Assembly (NCBI GenBank): GCA_049322255.1
Contig: JBMORE010000022.1
Location: 62,001-126,000 of the forward strand
Length of the DNA: 64,000 nucleotides
Origin: Myxococcota bacterium
Lineage (GTDB): Bacteria; Myxococcota; Myxococcia; Myxococcales; Myxococcaceae
Reading direction: 5' to 3'
Shown here: positions 56,137-64,000 of the stretch, in pieces
Layout: every line of letters starts with the position of its first letter
How positions within the stretch are numbered: position 1 is the stretch's first letter
The notes under the pieces: model-generated
What the model was told of the DNA's origin: nothing
What the model saw: the letters and a program-made list of their open reading frames with translations, nothing else
Database searches by the model: none
Program-made: the position numbers and the translations under genes

Positions 56137-57440
56137 ACCCCGCCCAAGGTGAGTTGCTGCTGGCGCTTGGAGAGGACCTTCACCGGCTGAATGGCCATCA
56201 CCCGCATGAAGACCTTGAGCAGCTCGGGGTCGAACTTGTGGCGCATCTCGGTCCACATCAGCATCAGCGCCACCTCGGGGCCGTAGGCGTCGCGGAAGGG
56301 CCGCTTGCTGGTGAGCGCATCGTAGGTGTCGCAGATGGCGAGGATCTTCGCGTACGTCCCCAAGTTGTTTTTGGGAACGATCATCTGGATGTTGCCCAGC
56401 GCGTCGCGCACCGCCGTGCCGTAGTCGTTCTTGTGCTCGAAGGTCGTGACCAGGCGAAGCAGCGTCGAGCGGGTGATGGCCTTTTCCTGAAGAATCGCGC
56501 GCACCGAGACCAGCGGTGCGCGTTGCACCAGGGCTCGTTCCTCGGGGGTGAGGGAGCCGCGCTTGGTGGAGACCTCCTCGGGGATGGTGGCCATTCCCGC
56601 GTCATGGAACAGCGCGGTGTAGCCCAGGTCGCGCAGCTGCTGCTTGGTCAGCCCCAGCTCGGCCCCGAAGACGATCGACATCAGACACACGTTGACCTGG
56701 TGAAAGGCGAGGTAGTCGTTCTCGCGCTTCATCGTCGTCATGCCCAGAAAGTGCGTGCGGTGGTCGTAGGAGATGTCGACGAAGTCCTGCACCAGCCGCA
56801 AGCCCGGGCGGGTGTCGATCGGCGCGCCCTTGCGAATCGACTCGAGATACTTGGTGATGAAGACCACCGCGCGTGCATAGACCGTCATCGCGTACTTCTT
56901 GCGGTCGATCTTCTCGTCCTGCTGCAGGCCCTCCTTGTCGAGCTTCTCCTTCAGCCGCGACCACTTGGTCACCTTCATCGAGAGAAGCTTCTTCCCCGAA
57001 ACGCCGTCTTCTTCGGACGCGGCGGTCTGCTCCTTGGAGAAGACCCAGATGAAGTTCTTCAGCTCCTGGGTGCTGATGGGCTTGGAGAGGGCGAAGCCGC
57101 CGACGTCCTTGGCCCGCATCTCTTGGATGAGGTAGCGCAGGTTGTCCAGCGCGGCGAGGTCGGCCTTCACCAGCATGTTGTTGAGGTAGAAGGATTCTTT
57201 CACCGCCACCAGCTCGAGCCGGTTTTCCTTGGTGATGATGGCGTTCATCGTGTCTTGCAGCTGCGCCATCGGCTTTTGAAACACCGCGTTGTCGGGGTCG
57301 TACATCTTCACCGAGCGCACCAGCATGTAGAGGCCGGAGATCAACGAGCGCGCCATCGCCTGCAACTTCTCGGAGTGCTCCCGCCCGAAGTCCTCGACGC
57401 TCTCCTCGCTGGAGCCGGTGATTTTCAGGTTCTCTGCCAT
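56133..57440 (-). CDS. Degenerate HD-GYP domain protein
   Basis: HDAG and DTYDALTSKRPF present; no GYP, HHE reduced to FEH. Confidence 0.8.
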   Translation of the reverse strand: MAENLKITGSSEESVEDFGREHSEKLQAMARSLISGLYMLVRSVKMYDPDNAVFQKPMAQLQDTMNAIITKENRLELVAVKESFYLNNMLVKADLAALDNLRYLIQEMRAKDVGGFALSKPISTQELKNFIWVFSKEQTAASEEDGVSGKKLLSMKVTKWSRLKEKLDKEGLQQDEKIDRKKYAMTVYARAVVFITKYLESIRKGAPIDTRPGLRLVQDFVDISYDHRTHFLGMTTMKRENDYLAFHQVNVCLMSIVFGAELGLTKQQLRDLGYTALFHDAGMATIPEEVSTKRGSLTPEERALVQRAPLVSVRAILQEKAITRSTLLRLVTTFEHKNDYGTAVRDALGNIQMIVPKNNLGTYAKILAICDTYDALTSKRPFRDAYGPEVALMLMWTEMRHKFDPELLKVFMRVMAIQPVKVLSKRQQQLTLGGV

Positions 57441-57444
57441 GGCG

Positions 57445-59217
57445 TCAGGCGCCTCCCTTCTCGCCGAAGAGCGCCTTCTTGTTCTGGTACATCGCCTTGC
57501 GCGCGGCGGCCGTCACCTCTTGGGGCTGGCTCTTGTCTTCCGAAATCTCCTGCAGGAGCTTGTAAGTCTGAATGGTGCAAGCGCCCTGCAAGCCGGCGAT
57601 CGCGAGCAGCTTGTCTTCCAGCACCCGCTGCTTGTTGAAGAGGCTGGGCTTGACCGAGAGCAGCGCCGAGAACCAGGAGAGCGCTTCGGGCAGCCCGGTA
57701 GCGCCCAAGGCTGCATAGAGGGCCTGCCGTTCCTCGGGGGACTTCTTGCTGAACGCCGGGTCTTTCACCACCTGGGTGAGATCTTGGTAGGCCTTCTCAC
57801 GGTCGAAGTTCGAAAGCAGTCGCGCCGCGAGCATGCGCGCCTGTGCCGCGGGGTCGTTCAGGCACTCGGCGACGAGGCGGCGTGCCTCGCCGGTGCGTCC
57901 TTTGGCAATGACGTTCATCACGTCGAGCTTGATCGCCAGGTTCTGAGTGCTCAGCACCGTGCCGAACAGCTTGATCCTCTCAGGGTGGTTCGCCTTCTCG
58001 AGGACGTAGACCATGTCCCGCACCGTCTGGGGCCGGTCTGACTGCAGGCGGTTGACGAACGGCTCGGGGTGTTCCTTGGAGAAGGGCACGAGCACGTCGC
58101 ACACCAAGGTGCGGTTCTCGGGTAGCTCGATGGTCTCGAGCACCGAGAGCAGGGTGGGCACCACCTGCGCGTTGAGCACCGAGAGGTAGCGCGCCAGGTC
58201 TCCCACGTTCTTGGGGCGGCTGGTGCGTAAGATGTCTCCCAGGCGTGCCAGCCGCTGCTCCTCCCCCATGCGGGAGACGAAGGTGAGAAGCAGCCGCGCC
58301 ACCCCCTCGTTGTTCGGGTTCCTCTGCGCCATCGCCCGTAGCTTGAGCACCAGCTGGTTGATGGTGGCAAAGTCTTCCTGGAAGAGCATCGCGTCGAGCA
58401 GCTGCGCGAACATCTCCTCGAGCAGCGCGGGGTCGTTCACCCCGCCTTCCACCACCTGGAAGACCGCCGAAATCAGCTTGGGGAAGAGGCGCTGGCTCTC
58501 TTCCTCCTCGATCTCCTTCTGCAGCTTGGCCTTGAGGGCGTCGTCGGCGGTGACTCCGGAGATCACCGCGCCGCGAATCTGCTCGACCCCGTCGAGCTGG
58601 GCGTCCAAGTCATCGGTGGAGACGCGCGCGAAACGCAAGAAGTCGTCGGAGTCGGCGCGCAGCCGCCCGTGGAGGTAGTTGACGACCTGGTCGACCTCGA
58701 CCTGCACTTCCTCCTCCGAGGCCCCGTCCATCTTGAAGCCCTCGACCATGATGTACTCGACGTTGGGGAGGGCGGCTCGCCACAGCTGGGCGGAGAGCTC
58801 TTCGGTTCCGCGGTCGGGGTCGGACAGGGCGATGAGGGTGAAGGTCACCAGCTCGTCGAGCGAAAGCCCAGGGCGGAAGACCAGCTTGCGCACCCCCTCG
58901 CGAAAGAACTTGTAGGGCAGCGGCGTGTCCTCGGAGAACAGCGCCTGCCCCAAGAGAGAGAAGTTCTGCTGGTCCACCCGAAGCTGCAAGGGCCCATAGG
59001 CTTCGGTGTACTCGGCGATCGCGGCGGCGGCGCCCTGCAAAAATTCGGGGAACTTCGCCGGGTTGTGGCGATACATGCCGATCTGCTTGATGCCCTTGAG
59101 CAGCTGGAAGGCGAAGTTCTTGGCGAGCTCGACCTTCTTCTTGTTGGCCGGGTCGTTCGTCGGGTCCACTGCCGGGGGGGCGTTGGCAGCTGGAGGAGTG
59201 TTCGCGGCGAGCGCCAT
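57445..59217 (-). CDS. HEAT-repeat protein
   Basis: Helical repeats (L.D....VR..A); N-terminal YRHNP domain resembles the N-terminus of the neighbouring HD protein. Confidence 0.75.
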   Translation of the reverse strand: MALAANTPPAANAPPAVDPTNDPANKKKVELAKNFAFQLLKGIKQIGMYRHNPAKFPEFLQGAAAAIAEYTEAYGPLQLRVDQQNFSLLGQALFSEDTPLPYKFFREGVRKLVFRPGLSLDELVTFTLIALSDPDRGTEELSAQLWRAALPNVEYIMVEGFKMDGASEEEVQVEVDQVVNYLHGRLRADSDDFLRFARVSTDDLDAQLDGVEQIRGAVISGVTADDALKAKLQKEIEEEESQRLFPKLISAVFQVVEGGVNDPALLEEMFAQLLDAMLFQEDFATINQLVLKLRAMAQRNPNNEGVARLLLTFVSRMGEEQRLARLGDILRTSRPKNVGDLARYLSVLNAQVVPTLLSVLETIELPENRTLVCDVLVPFSKEHPEPFVNRLQSDRPQTVRDMVYVLEKANHPERIKLFGTVLSTQNLAIKLDVMNVIAKGRTGEARRLVAECLNDPAAQARMLAARLLSNFDREKAYQDLTQVVKDPAFSKKSPEERQALYAALGATGLPEALSWFSALLSVKPSLFNKQRVLEDKLLAIAGLQGACTIQTYKLLQEISEDKSQPQEVTAAARKAMYQNKKALFGEKGGA

Positions 59218-59236
59218 CGGCCGTTAGTTTAGCGCG

Positions 59237-59650
59237 TCAGGCAATGGCGTCACGCAGCCGCCGGGTGAGCACCTTGATGATCCCCATGGCGATCTCCGGC
59301 TTTTCACTCATGATCTCCTGAAAGTCCTCGCGGTCGATCTTGAGCAGGTTGGTGTCGTTCACTGCGGTGACGGTGGCCGAGCGCGGCGCCGCGTCGAGAA
59401 TGGCCATCTCTCCGAAGCACTCCCGCTCGCCCAGCTCGGCGATCACCCGGTCTTGTTTGTGCACCCGCACCTTGCCCTCGAGCACCAGGTAGAGCGCGTC
59501 GCCCGCTTCTCCTTCTGCGAAGATTTCATCGCCCTGCTCGCGGCTCTCTTCGGTGGAGATGAGCGCCACCTGGGCGAGATCCTCTCCGGGGATTTGGGAG
59601 AAGAGATCGATCGATTTGAGAAAGAGCACCTTCTCGACGGTGGAGAGCAT
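59237..59650 (-). CDS. Stand-alone cyclic nucleotide-binding protein
   Basis: IFAEGE.GD.LY....G.V, FGEMAILD..PRSATV. Confidence 0.92.
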   Translation of the reverse strand: MLSTVEKVLFLKSIDLFSQIPGEDLAQVALISTEESREQGDEIFAEGEAGDALYLVLEGKVRVHKQDRVIAELGERECFGEMAILDAAPRSATVTAVNDTNLLKIDREDFQEIMSEKPEIAMGIIKVLTRRLRDAIA

Positions 59651-62515
59651 TTAGCCGGCCAATCTCCCGGTGGTGATGAGGGCGGCTTGCTGGCGCACCA
59701 CGGGCGCTTCGTCGGTGAGCCGAGCCTCTGCGAGCGTTGCGGCGCGTTCGGGAGCGGTGCGCGCGATGGACAGCAAGGCGGTCTCCCGCACCACCGCGTT
59801 GGCGTCCGTGGTGCTGAAGGCGATGAGCTCGACGCTCGCCTCGCTGTAGGCGGCGTACCAGGTGGCGCACGCCCGCACCCACGCCGTCTCGTCTGTGCAC
59901 AGCTCGCGCACCGTCTGCTCCGCCGAGAGAACGGGTAGCGGCACCAGGTCGGCCACCTGGCGCAACCGCTCAGAGCGTTGCAGGTCCTCGAGCAGAGGCA
60001 AGAACTTCTTCTTCAGCTGGCGGTCGAGAAGGTTGTCGAGCAGCTCCACCGCGTTGGCGCGGCGGCGGGAGGTGTCGCCGGTGGTGGCGTCGTGAATGCC
60101 CGCGTAGATGTGCTCCATGTCGGCATCGGGGTAGAGCACCGCCAGGAGCAGAAAGATGCGCCGCTCGGTCTGCGACACCTTCTCGGAGAGCGCCGAGGCG
60201 AGCAGCGCCTGCGCAGCCTCTAGGCCCGCCCGTGGGGTGTTCGGCCCAGGGCCTGTGGACAGGCCCAGCGTTTCGGCGTGGCGGAGGGCGACGTAGGCGC
60301 GAACCAGCTCCTTTTCCAGCGCGCCGAATACCTGACGCCGATCGGCGAGCACCAACCGGCGCGCGCGGGTCGCCCGCGCCAGCGAGCGGTACAGCCGCAC
60401 CCGCAGCTCTTCATCGGGCTCGTCGAGGTGGGCGGCGATGACCTCCACCGCCTCCGTGCTCCCCACCCGGCCGAGCACCCGGGCGACCGCGCGGCGAATC
60501 TGTGGGTCCTCCAGCCGGTTGGAGAGCACCTTCGCCAACGTCGGAACGATCGACGCCCCATAGCCGGCGAGCCCCTCGACCGCTTCCCGCAGGGTCTCGA
60601 TCGACTGTGTTTTGTAGATGAGGGGAATGACGAACTCGGGGCTTTTGAGCACCGCCGCGGCACGAATCGCCGCCCTCCGCACCGCCGGGTCGGGGTCGCT
60701 CATCAGGCTCACCACCGGCTGGTAGAAGTTCTTCACCCCGATGGCGCCCAGCACCTTGGCGGCGTGCTCGCGCATCACCGCCTCCGGGTGGGTGATGAGC
60801 GCCTTGAGCGCTTCGGCCGCCACCAGCACCCCGTCGAGCCCTCCGTAGCGAATCATCCCCGTCACCGCGGCGCTGCGAATGCCCGGGTCGCCGTCGGTGA
60901 GGAATGGGCGCACGCTGCGTACCGCCTTGTCGCGGCCGATGGCGCAGAAGGCGTTGATGGCCGCCGCGCGTACGCCCGGGTCGGAGTCCTCGAACTTGCG
61001 GAACACCGAGTTGGCAAAGCGCATCGTCTGGCGGCGGCCGTAGTACTCGAGGGCGGCGATGCGAATGTGCGGCATCGCATGGTCGAGCAACGCCTCGATG
61101 CGGTGGTCGAGCGTCAGGTTTTCCAGGTGGGGCAACAGCTCGAGCGCGTTGAGCACCTCGCGCGGGTCTCCGCTCTCCAGCGCGCGCACCAAGACGCTGT
61201 TGGTCGAGCCGTCGACGACCTTGTAGCGCGCCGATTCGAGGTCGAGGCGGCGGTTCTTGAGGTTGTCTTGCAGCGAGCGAATGTACTGGCTCCGCAAGGA
61301 CGCGACGATGGCCAGCCAGCCTGCGCACAACAAAAGCCCAACCCAGGCCAGCGGGCGCCAGTCGCCGCCCAGCCAGGTCCTGTAGCCGACGAGCGCCACC
61401 CCGCACAAGCCGATCGCCAGCGGCTTGACCACCCCGTCGATGAACGCCTTCGCCGCCGCGCGCACCTGGGGCGACACCGGCAGGTAGAGGATCTGCGAGG
61501 TGGCGTCGTTGACCGAGTAGCGAAACAGCGTGTCGCCTCCTTTGGCCAGCGACGCCGCCCAGAGGAAGGGAAAGAACGCCAAGAGGAGGCTGCCCAGAGC
61601 CAGTGAGGCCGGTAGCACCGCGAGCGAGCCAATCACCCCGGCGCGGTTGAGCAGCCGGCTGGTGCCGAAAAGCTGCAGCGCCAGCGCGAAAACCCCGACC
61701 GCCACGCTGAAGTAACCGAAGAAGGCGGCCAACTGGTCCTTGGGGTAGGCGGCGGCGGCGATGCCCTTGAACTCGAAGTCGATCAGGGTGGTGGTGAAAA
61801 AGGTGATCGCCGCCAACGCGGCAACGGTGCGCAGGTGCCCCGAGGCAATCACCCGCGATGCGCCTCCCGATTTTTTGGACACGCCCTTGCCCTGCGCTGC
61901 CTTGGCGAAGATGCGCTGACGCCCCAGGCGACCGGCGACGAACGAGGCGGCGGCGGTGGCCACCAAGAGCCCGGCGCACAAAAGGAGCAGGGCGCTGGCT
62001 CCGAGCGTGGTGGCGATCTTCGCGGAAAGAAAACCGATGACGATGTTGGCGAGCGTCCCGCCCGAGCCGATGAGCCCGTAGAGGCGCTTCGCCTCCCGGG
62101 CGTTGTACAGCTCGTTGGCGAGGGTCCAAAACTGAACCAGGGCGAGCGCGCCCATCACCTCCACGTAGACGTAGAGGGCGGGGTAGACCCAGGCGGGCTC
62201 GTCACTTTCGATGCGCCAGACGAGCACGAACAGACCGGCGAAGAGCAACGCGCTCACCAGGGCCACCCGGTCGCGTCGCACCCGCGCGGCGATGGGGCCG
62301 TAGACCAGCCCCACCAAGATGACCGCCACCGCCGAGGCGACGTACATCCACGCCAGCTGTCCGCGGTCGTTGTGCGCGAGGAAGAGGGCGTCGCGCACCG
62401 TGCGGCCGGTGAGGAAGGCGCCCACGGCGAAGAGGCTGTGAAGAAAAAGCGCCAGCGTCAGCCGCCGTTCCCCCGGGCGGACGGGAAAGAGGGTTTCGAC
62501 GAGGCGAAGGAACAA
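59651..62515 (-). CDS. Npt1/Npt2 (TLC ATP/ADP translocase-like) transporter fused to HEAT repeats
   Basis: RDALFL, QFWTLAN..NAREAKRLYG, RYSVND...ILYLP, KAFIDG; C-terminal HEAT repeats. Confidence 0.85.
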   Translation of the reverse strand: MFLRLVETLFPVRPGERRLTLALFLHSLFAVGAFLTGRTVRDALFLAHNDRGQLAWMYVASAVAVILVGLVYGPIAARVRRDRVALVSALLFAGLFVLVWRIESDEPAWVYPALYVYVEVMGALALVQFWTLANELYNAREAKRLYGLIGSGGTLANIVIGFLSAKIATTLGASALLLLCAGLLVATAAASFVAGRLGRQRIFAKAAQGKGVSKKSGGASRVIASGHLRTVAALAAITFFTTTLIDFEFKGIAAAAYPKDQLAAFFGYFSVAVGVFALALQLFGTSRLLNRAGVIGSLAVLPASLALGSLLLAFFPFLWAASLAKGGDTLFRYSVNDATSQILYLPVSPQVRAAAKAFIDGVVKPLAIGLCGVALVGYRTWLGGDWRPLAWVGLLLCAGWLAIVASLRSQYIRSLQDNLKNRRLDLESARYKVVDGSTNSVLVRALESGDPREVLNALELLPHLENLTLDHRIEALLDHAMPHIRIAALEYYGRRQTMRFANSVFRKFEDSDPGVRAAAINAFCAIGRDKAVRSVRPFLTDGDPGIRSAAVTGMIRYGGLDGVLVAAEALKALITHPEAVMREHAAKVLGAIGVKNFYQPVVSLMSDPDPAVRRAAIRAAAVLKSPEFVIPLIYKTQSIETLREAVEGLAGYGASIVPTLAKVLSNRLEDPQIRRAVARVLGRVGSTEAVEVIAAHLDEPDEELRVRLYRSLARATRARRLVLADRRQVFGALEKELVRAYVALRHAETLGLSTGPGPNTPRAGLEAAQALLASALSEKVSQTERRIFLLLAVLYPDADMEHIYAGIHDATTGDTSRRRANAVELLDNLLDRQLKKKFLPLLEDLQRSERLRQVADLVPLPVLSAEQTVRELCTDETAWVRACATWYAAYSEASVELIAFSTTDANAVVRETALLSIARTAPERAATLAEARLTDEAPVVRQQAALITTGRLAG

Positions 62516-62560
62516 GGCGCCGTCGAGCCTAGCAAAGCCCTGGCGCCGTGGGTCTTTACG

Positions 62561-63445
62561 TCAGGCGCGCGCCGACTCGGGGTCGACCTCGTCCATCAGC
62601 GCCGCCAGCTCGGCCTTGAGCTTGTCCTTGGCGCGAATCTCCAGCTGCCGGGCGCGCTCGCGGGAGAAGCCGAAGTGCTCACCGAGCTCCTTGAGCGTCA
62701 TCGGCCGGTCGTTCATCACCCGCTTCTCGATGATGAAGCGCTCGCGAGGGTCCAAGCGGGTGAGCGCGATTCTGACGTGGGTGCTGATGAGGCCGGCTTC
62801 CTCGCGATCGGCGAACTCGTCGTCTTGACTGACGGCATTGGAGACGACGAAGTCCACGTGGGTATTGCCGCCTTCCTCTCCCATCGGCGCGTCGAGCGAG
62901 AGGTCGCGCCCGCCCATGCGCTGCTCCATCTCCCGTACCTCGCTGGGCTTGACCCTCAGGCGCCTGGCGATCTCGTCGACGTTGACCAGCTGCGACTCGC
63001 CGGGGTGAAGCTTTTCCAGCTCCCGCCGCGTGCGTGCCAGGGAGAAGAACAGCTTGCGCTGCGCCTGGGTGGTCCCCAGCTTCACCAAGGACCAGCTCTT
63101 CAAGATGTAGTTCTGAATGTACGCACGAATCCACCACACCGCGTAGGAGATGAGGCGAATGCCCTTGTCCGGCTCGAACTTCTGCACCGCCTTCATCAGG
63201 CCGATGTTCCCCTCTTGAATGAGGTCGGCCATCTTGATGCCGTAGGAGCGGTACTCGTAGGCGACCTTCACCACGAAGCGTAAGTTCGAGGTCACCAGGC
63301 GGTGGCCAGAACGAAAGTCGCCCTTCTTGAAGCGGCGGGCCAGCCGCTGCTCCTCGTCTACGGTGAGCAGCTGGTACTGGTTGATCTCCGCCAGGTACAT
63401 CGACAGAGAGCCAGGGGTGGAAGACTGCTCGCTGGGAGTGCTCAT
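62561..63445 (-). CDS. RpoH/sigma32-family sigma factor (myxobacterial SigB/C/E-like)
   Basis: [18 protein letters not shown], RpoH box [17 protein letters not shown]. Confidence 0.92.
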   Translation of the reverse strand: MSTPSEQSSTPGSLSMYLAEINQYQLLTVDEEQRLARRFKKGDFRSGHRLVTSNLRFVVKVAYEYRSYGIKMADLIQEGNIGLMKAVQKFEPDKGIRLISYAVWWIRAYIQNYILKSWSLVKLGTTQAQRKLFFSLARTRRELEKLHPGESQLVNVDEIARRLRVKPSEVREMEQRMGGRDLSLDAPMGEEGGNTHVDFVVSNAVSQDDEFADREEAGLISTHVRIALTRLDPRERFIIEKRVMNDRPMTLKELGEHFGFSRERARQLEIRAKDKLKAELAALMDEVDPESARA

Positions 63446-63502
63446 TGTCGGCTTCTCGCTTTCTGGGCGCGCCCAAGCCGCGTCCCACCGCCCCTTGCGA
63501 TC

Positions 63503-63518
63503 AGCAACGGAAGTGCCA
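63503..63518 (-). promoter_or_regulatory. Sigma54 (-24/-12) promoter upstream of the RpoH-family sigma gene
   Basis: Minus strand TGGCAC-TTCCG-TTGCT, an exact match to the TGGCAC-N5-TTGCW consensus. Confidence 0.75.
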
Positions 63519-63678
63519 AGGCACGAAGCTTGGTGAAGTCAAGCGGAGCGGGCGGTTGGGCGGACGTGCTGGAATGCACCACGGCCAGGCCTGAAGAAAA
63601 TACGGGCATCGTTTTCGATGTCGTTAACGCCGCCCCGCCGACGAATGCATCGTTCAGCCGGGCAGGCGCCGTCTGACT

Positions 63679-63711
63679 CCCTCTCCCTCTGGGAGAGGGG
63701 TGGGGTGAGGG
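63679..63711. repeat. REP-like palindrome copy 6
   Basis: CCCTCTCCC-tct-GGGAGAGGG-gtgGGGTGAGGG. Confidence 0.9.
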
Positions 63712-64000
63712 TGTTGCCATCGCTGAACAAGCACATCGACCACAAGAGCCAGCGTCGAGCGGCGGATCTCGTTGTCGTCGGTCCGAACGGCAAGACCTTC
63801 CGGACCGACGGCAAGAGCAACGCGGACTACCTCGCCTACGGCCAGAAAGTCCTGGCGGTGGGGGATGGAACGGTGGTCACGGCGATCGATGGTGTCCCCG
63901 ACAACGCTCCGGGCACCGTCGTTGGCCAATGCGGCAACACCACCGAAGCCCACATCCAGCAACGGCCACTGTGCCTGGGTTATACTAACAATCGGTTGGC
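63711..64000 (+). pseudogene. M23 peptidase-like gene remnant (internally deleted; runs off the window)
   Basis: Translated by hand: ..HKSQRRAADLVV.GPNGKTFRTDGKSNADYLAYGQKVLAVGDGTVVTAIDGVPDNAPG/TVVGQCGNTTEAHIQ; the central GN..H..AHL block is missing. Confidence 0.55.

Overview
High-GC chromosomal segment, very probably from a myxobacterium (Myxococcota), judged by a RomX-like gene, a MYXO-CTERM protein, a GYF/AgmX-type protein, Cys-rich lipoproteins and an RpoH-family sigma factor. It holds about 53 CDSs, mostly housekeeping, envelope and signalling genes (truA, clpX, accA, hisC, cmk, sahR-ahcY, rluD, two-component and Ser/Thr kinases). I found no rRNA, tRNA, CRISPR array or transposase. The most unusual part is the sulfur-carrier operon at about 0.4-6.5 kb. 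It has two ThiF/MoeB genes with complementary losses that look like a split (heterodimeric, eukaryote-style) E1, a CysK paralog lacking the PLP lysine next to an intact CysM, a TusA protein, a ubiquitin-like carrier whose GG motif is buried under a 75-aa tail encoded by repeats, and a JAMM protease, followed by cysC and larE. Also notable: an NTT-HEAT / cNMP / HEAT / degenerate HD-GYP operon, an ATP-grasp + zincin pair, six copies of a REP-like palindrome, and several readable promoters and operators. All product calls come from motifs recognised by eye, with no database searches.
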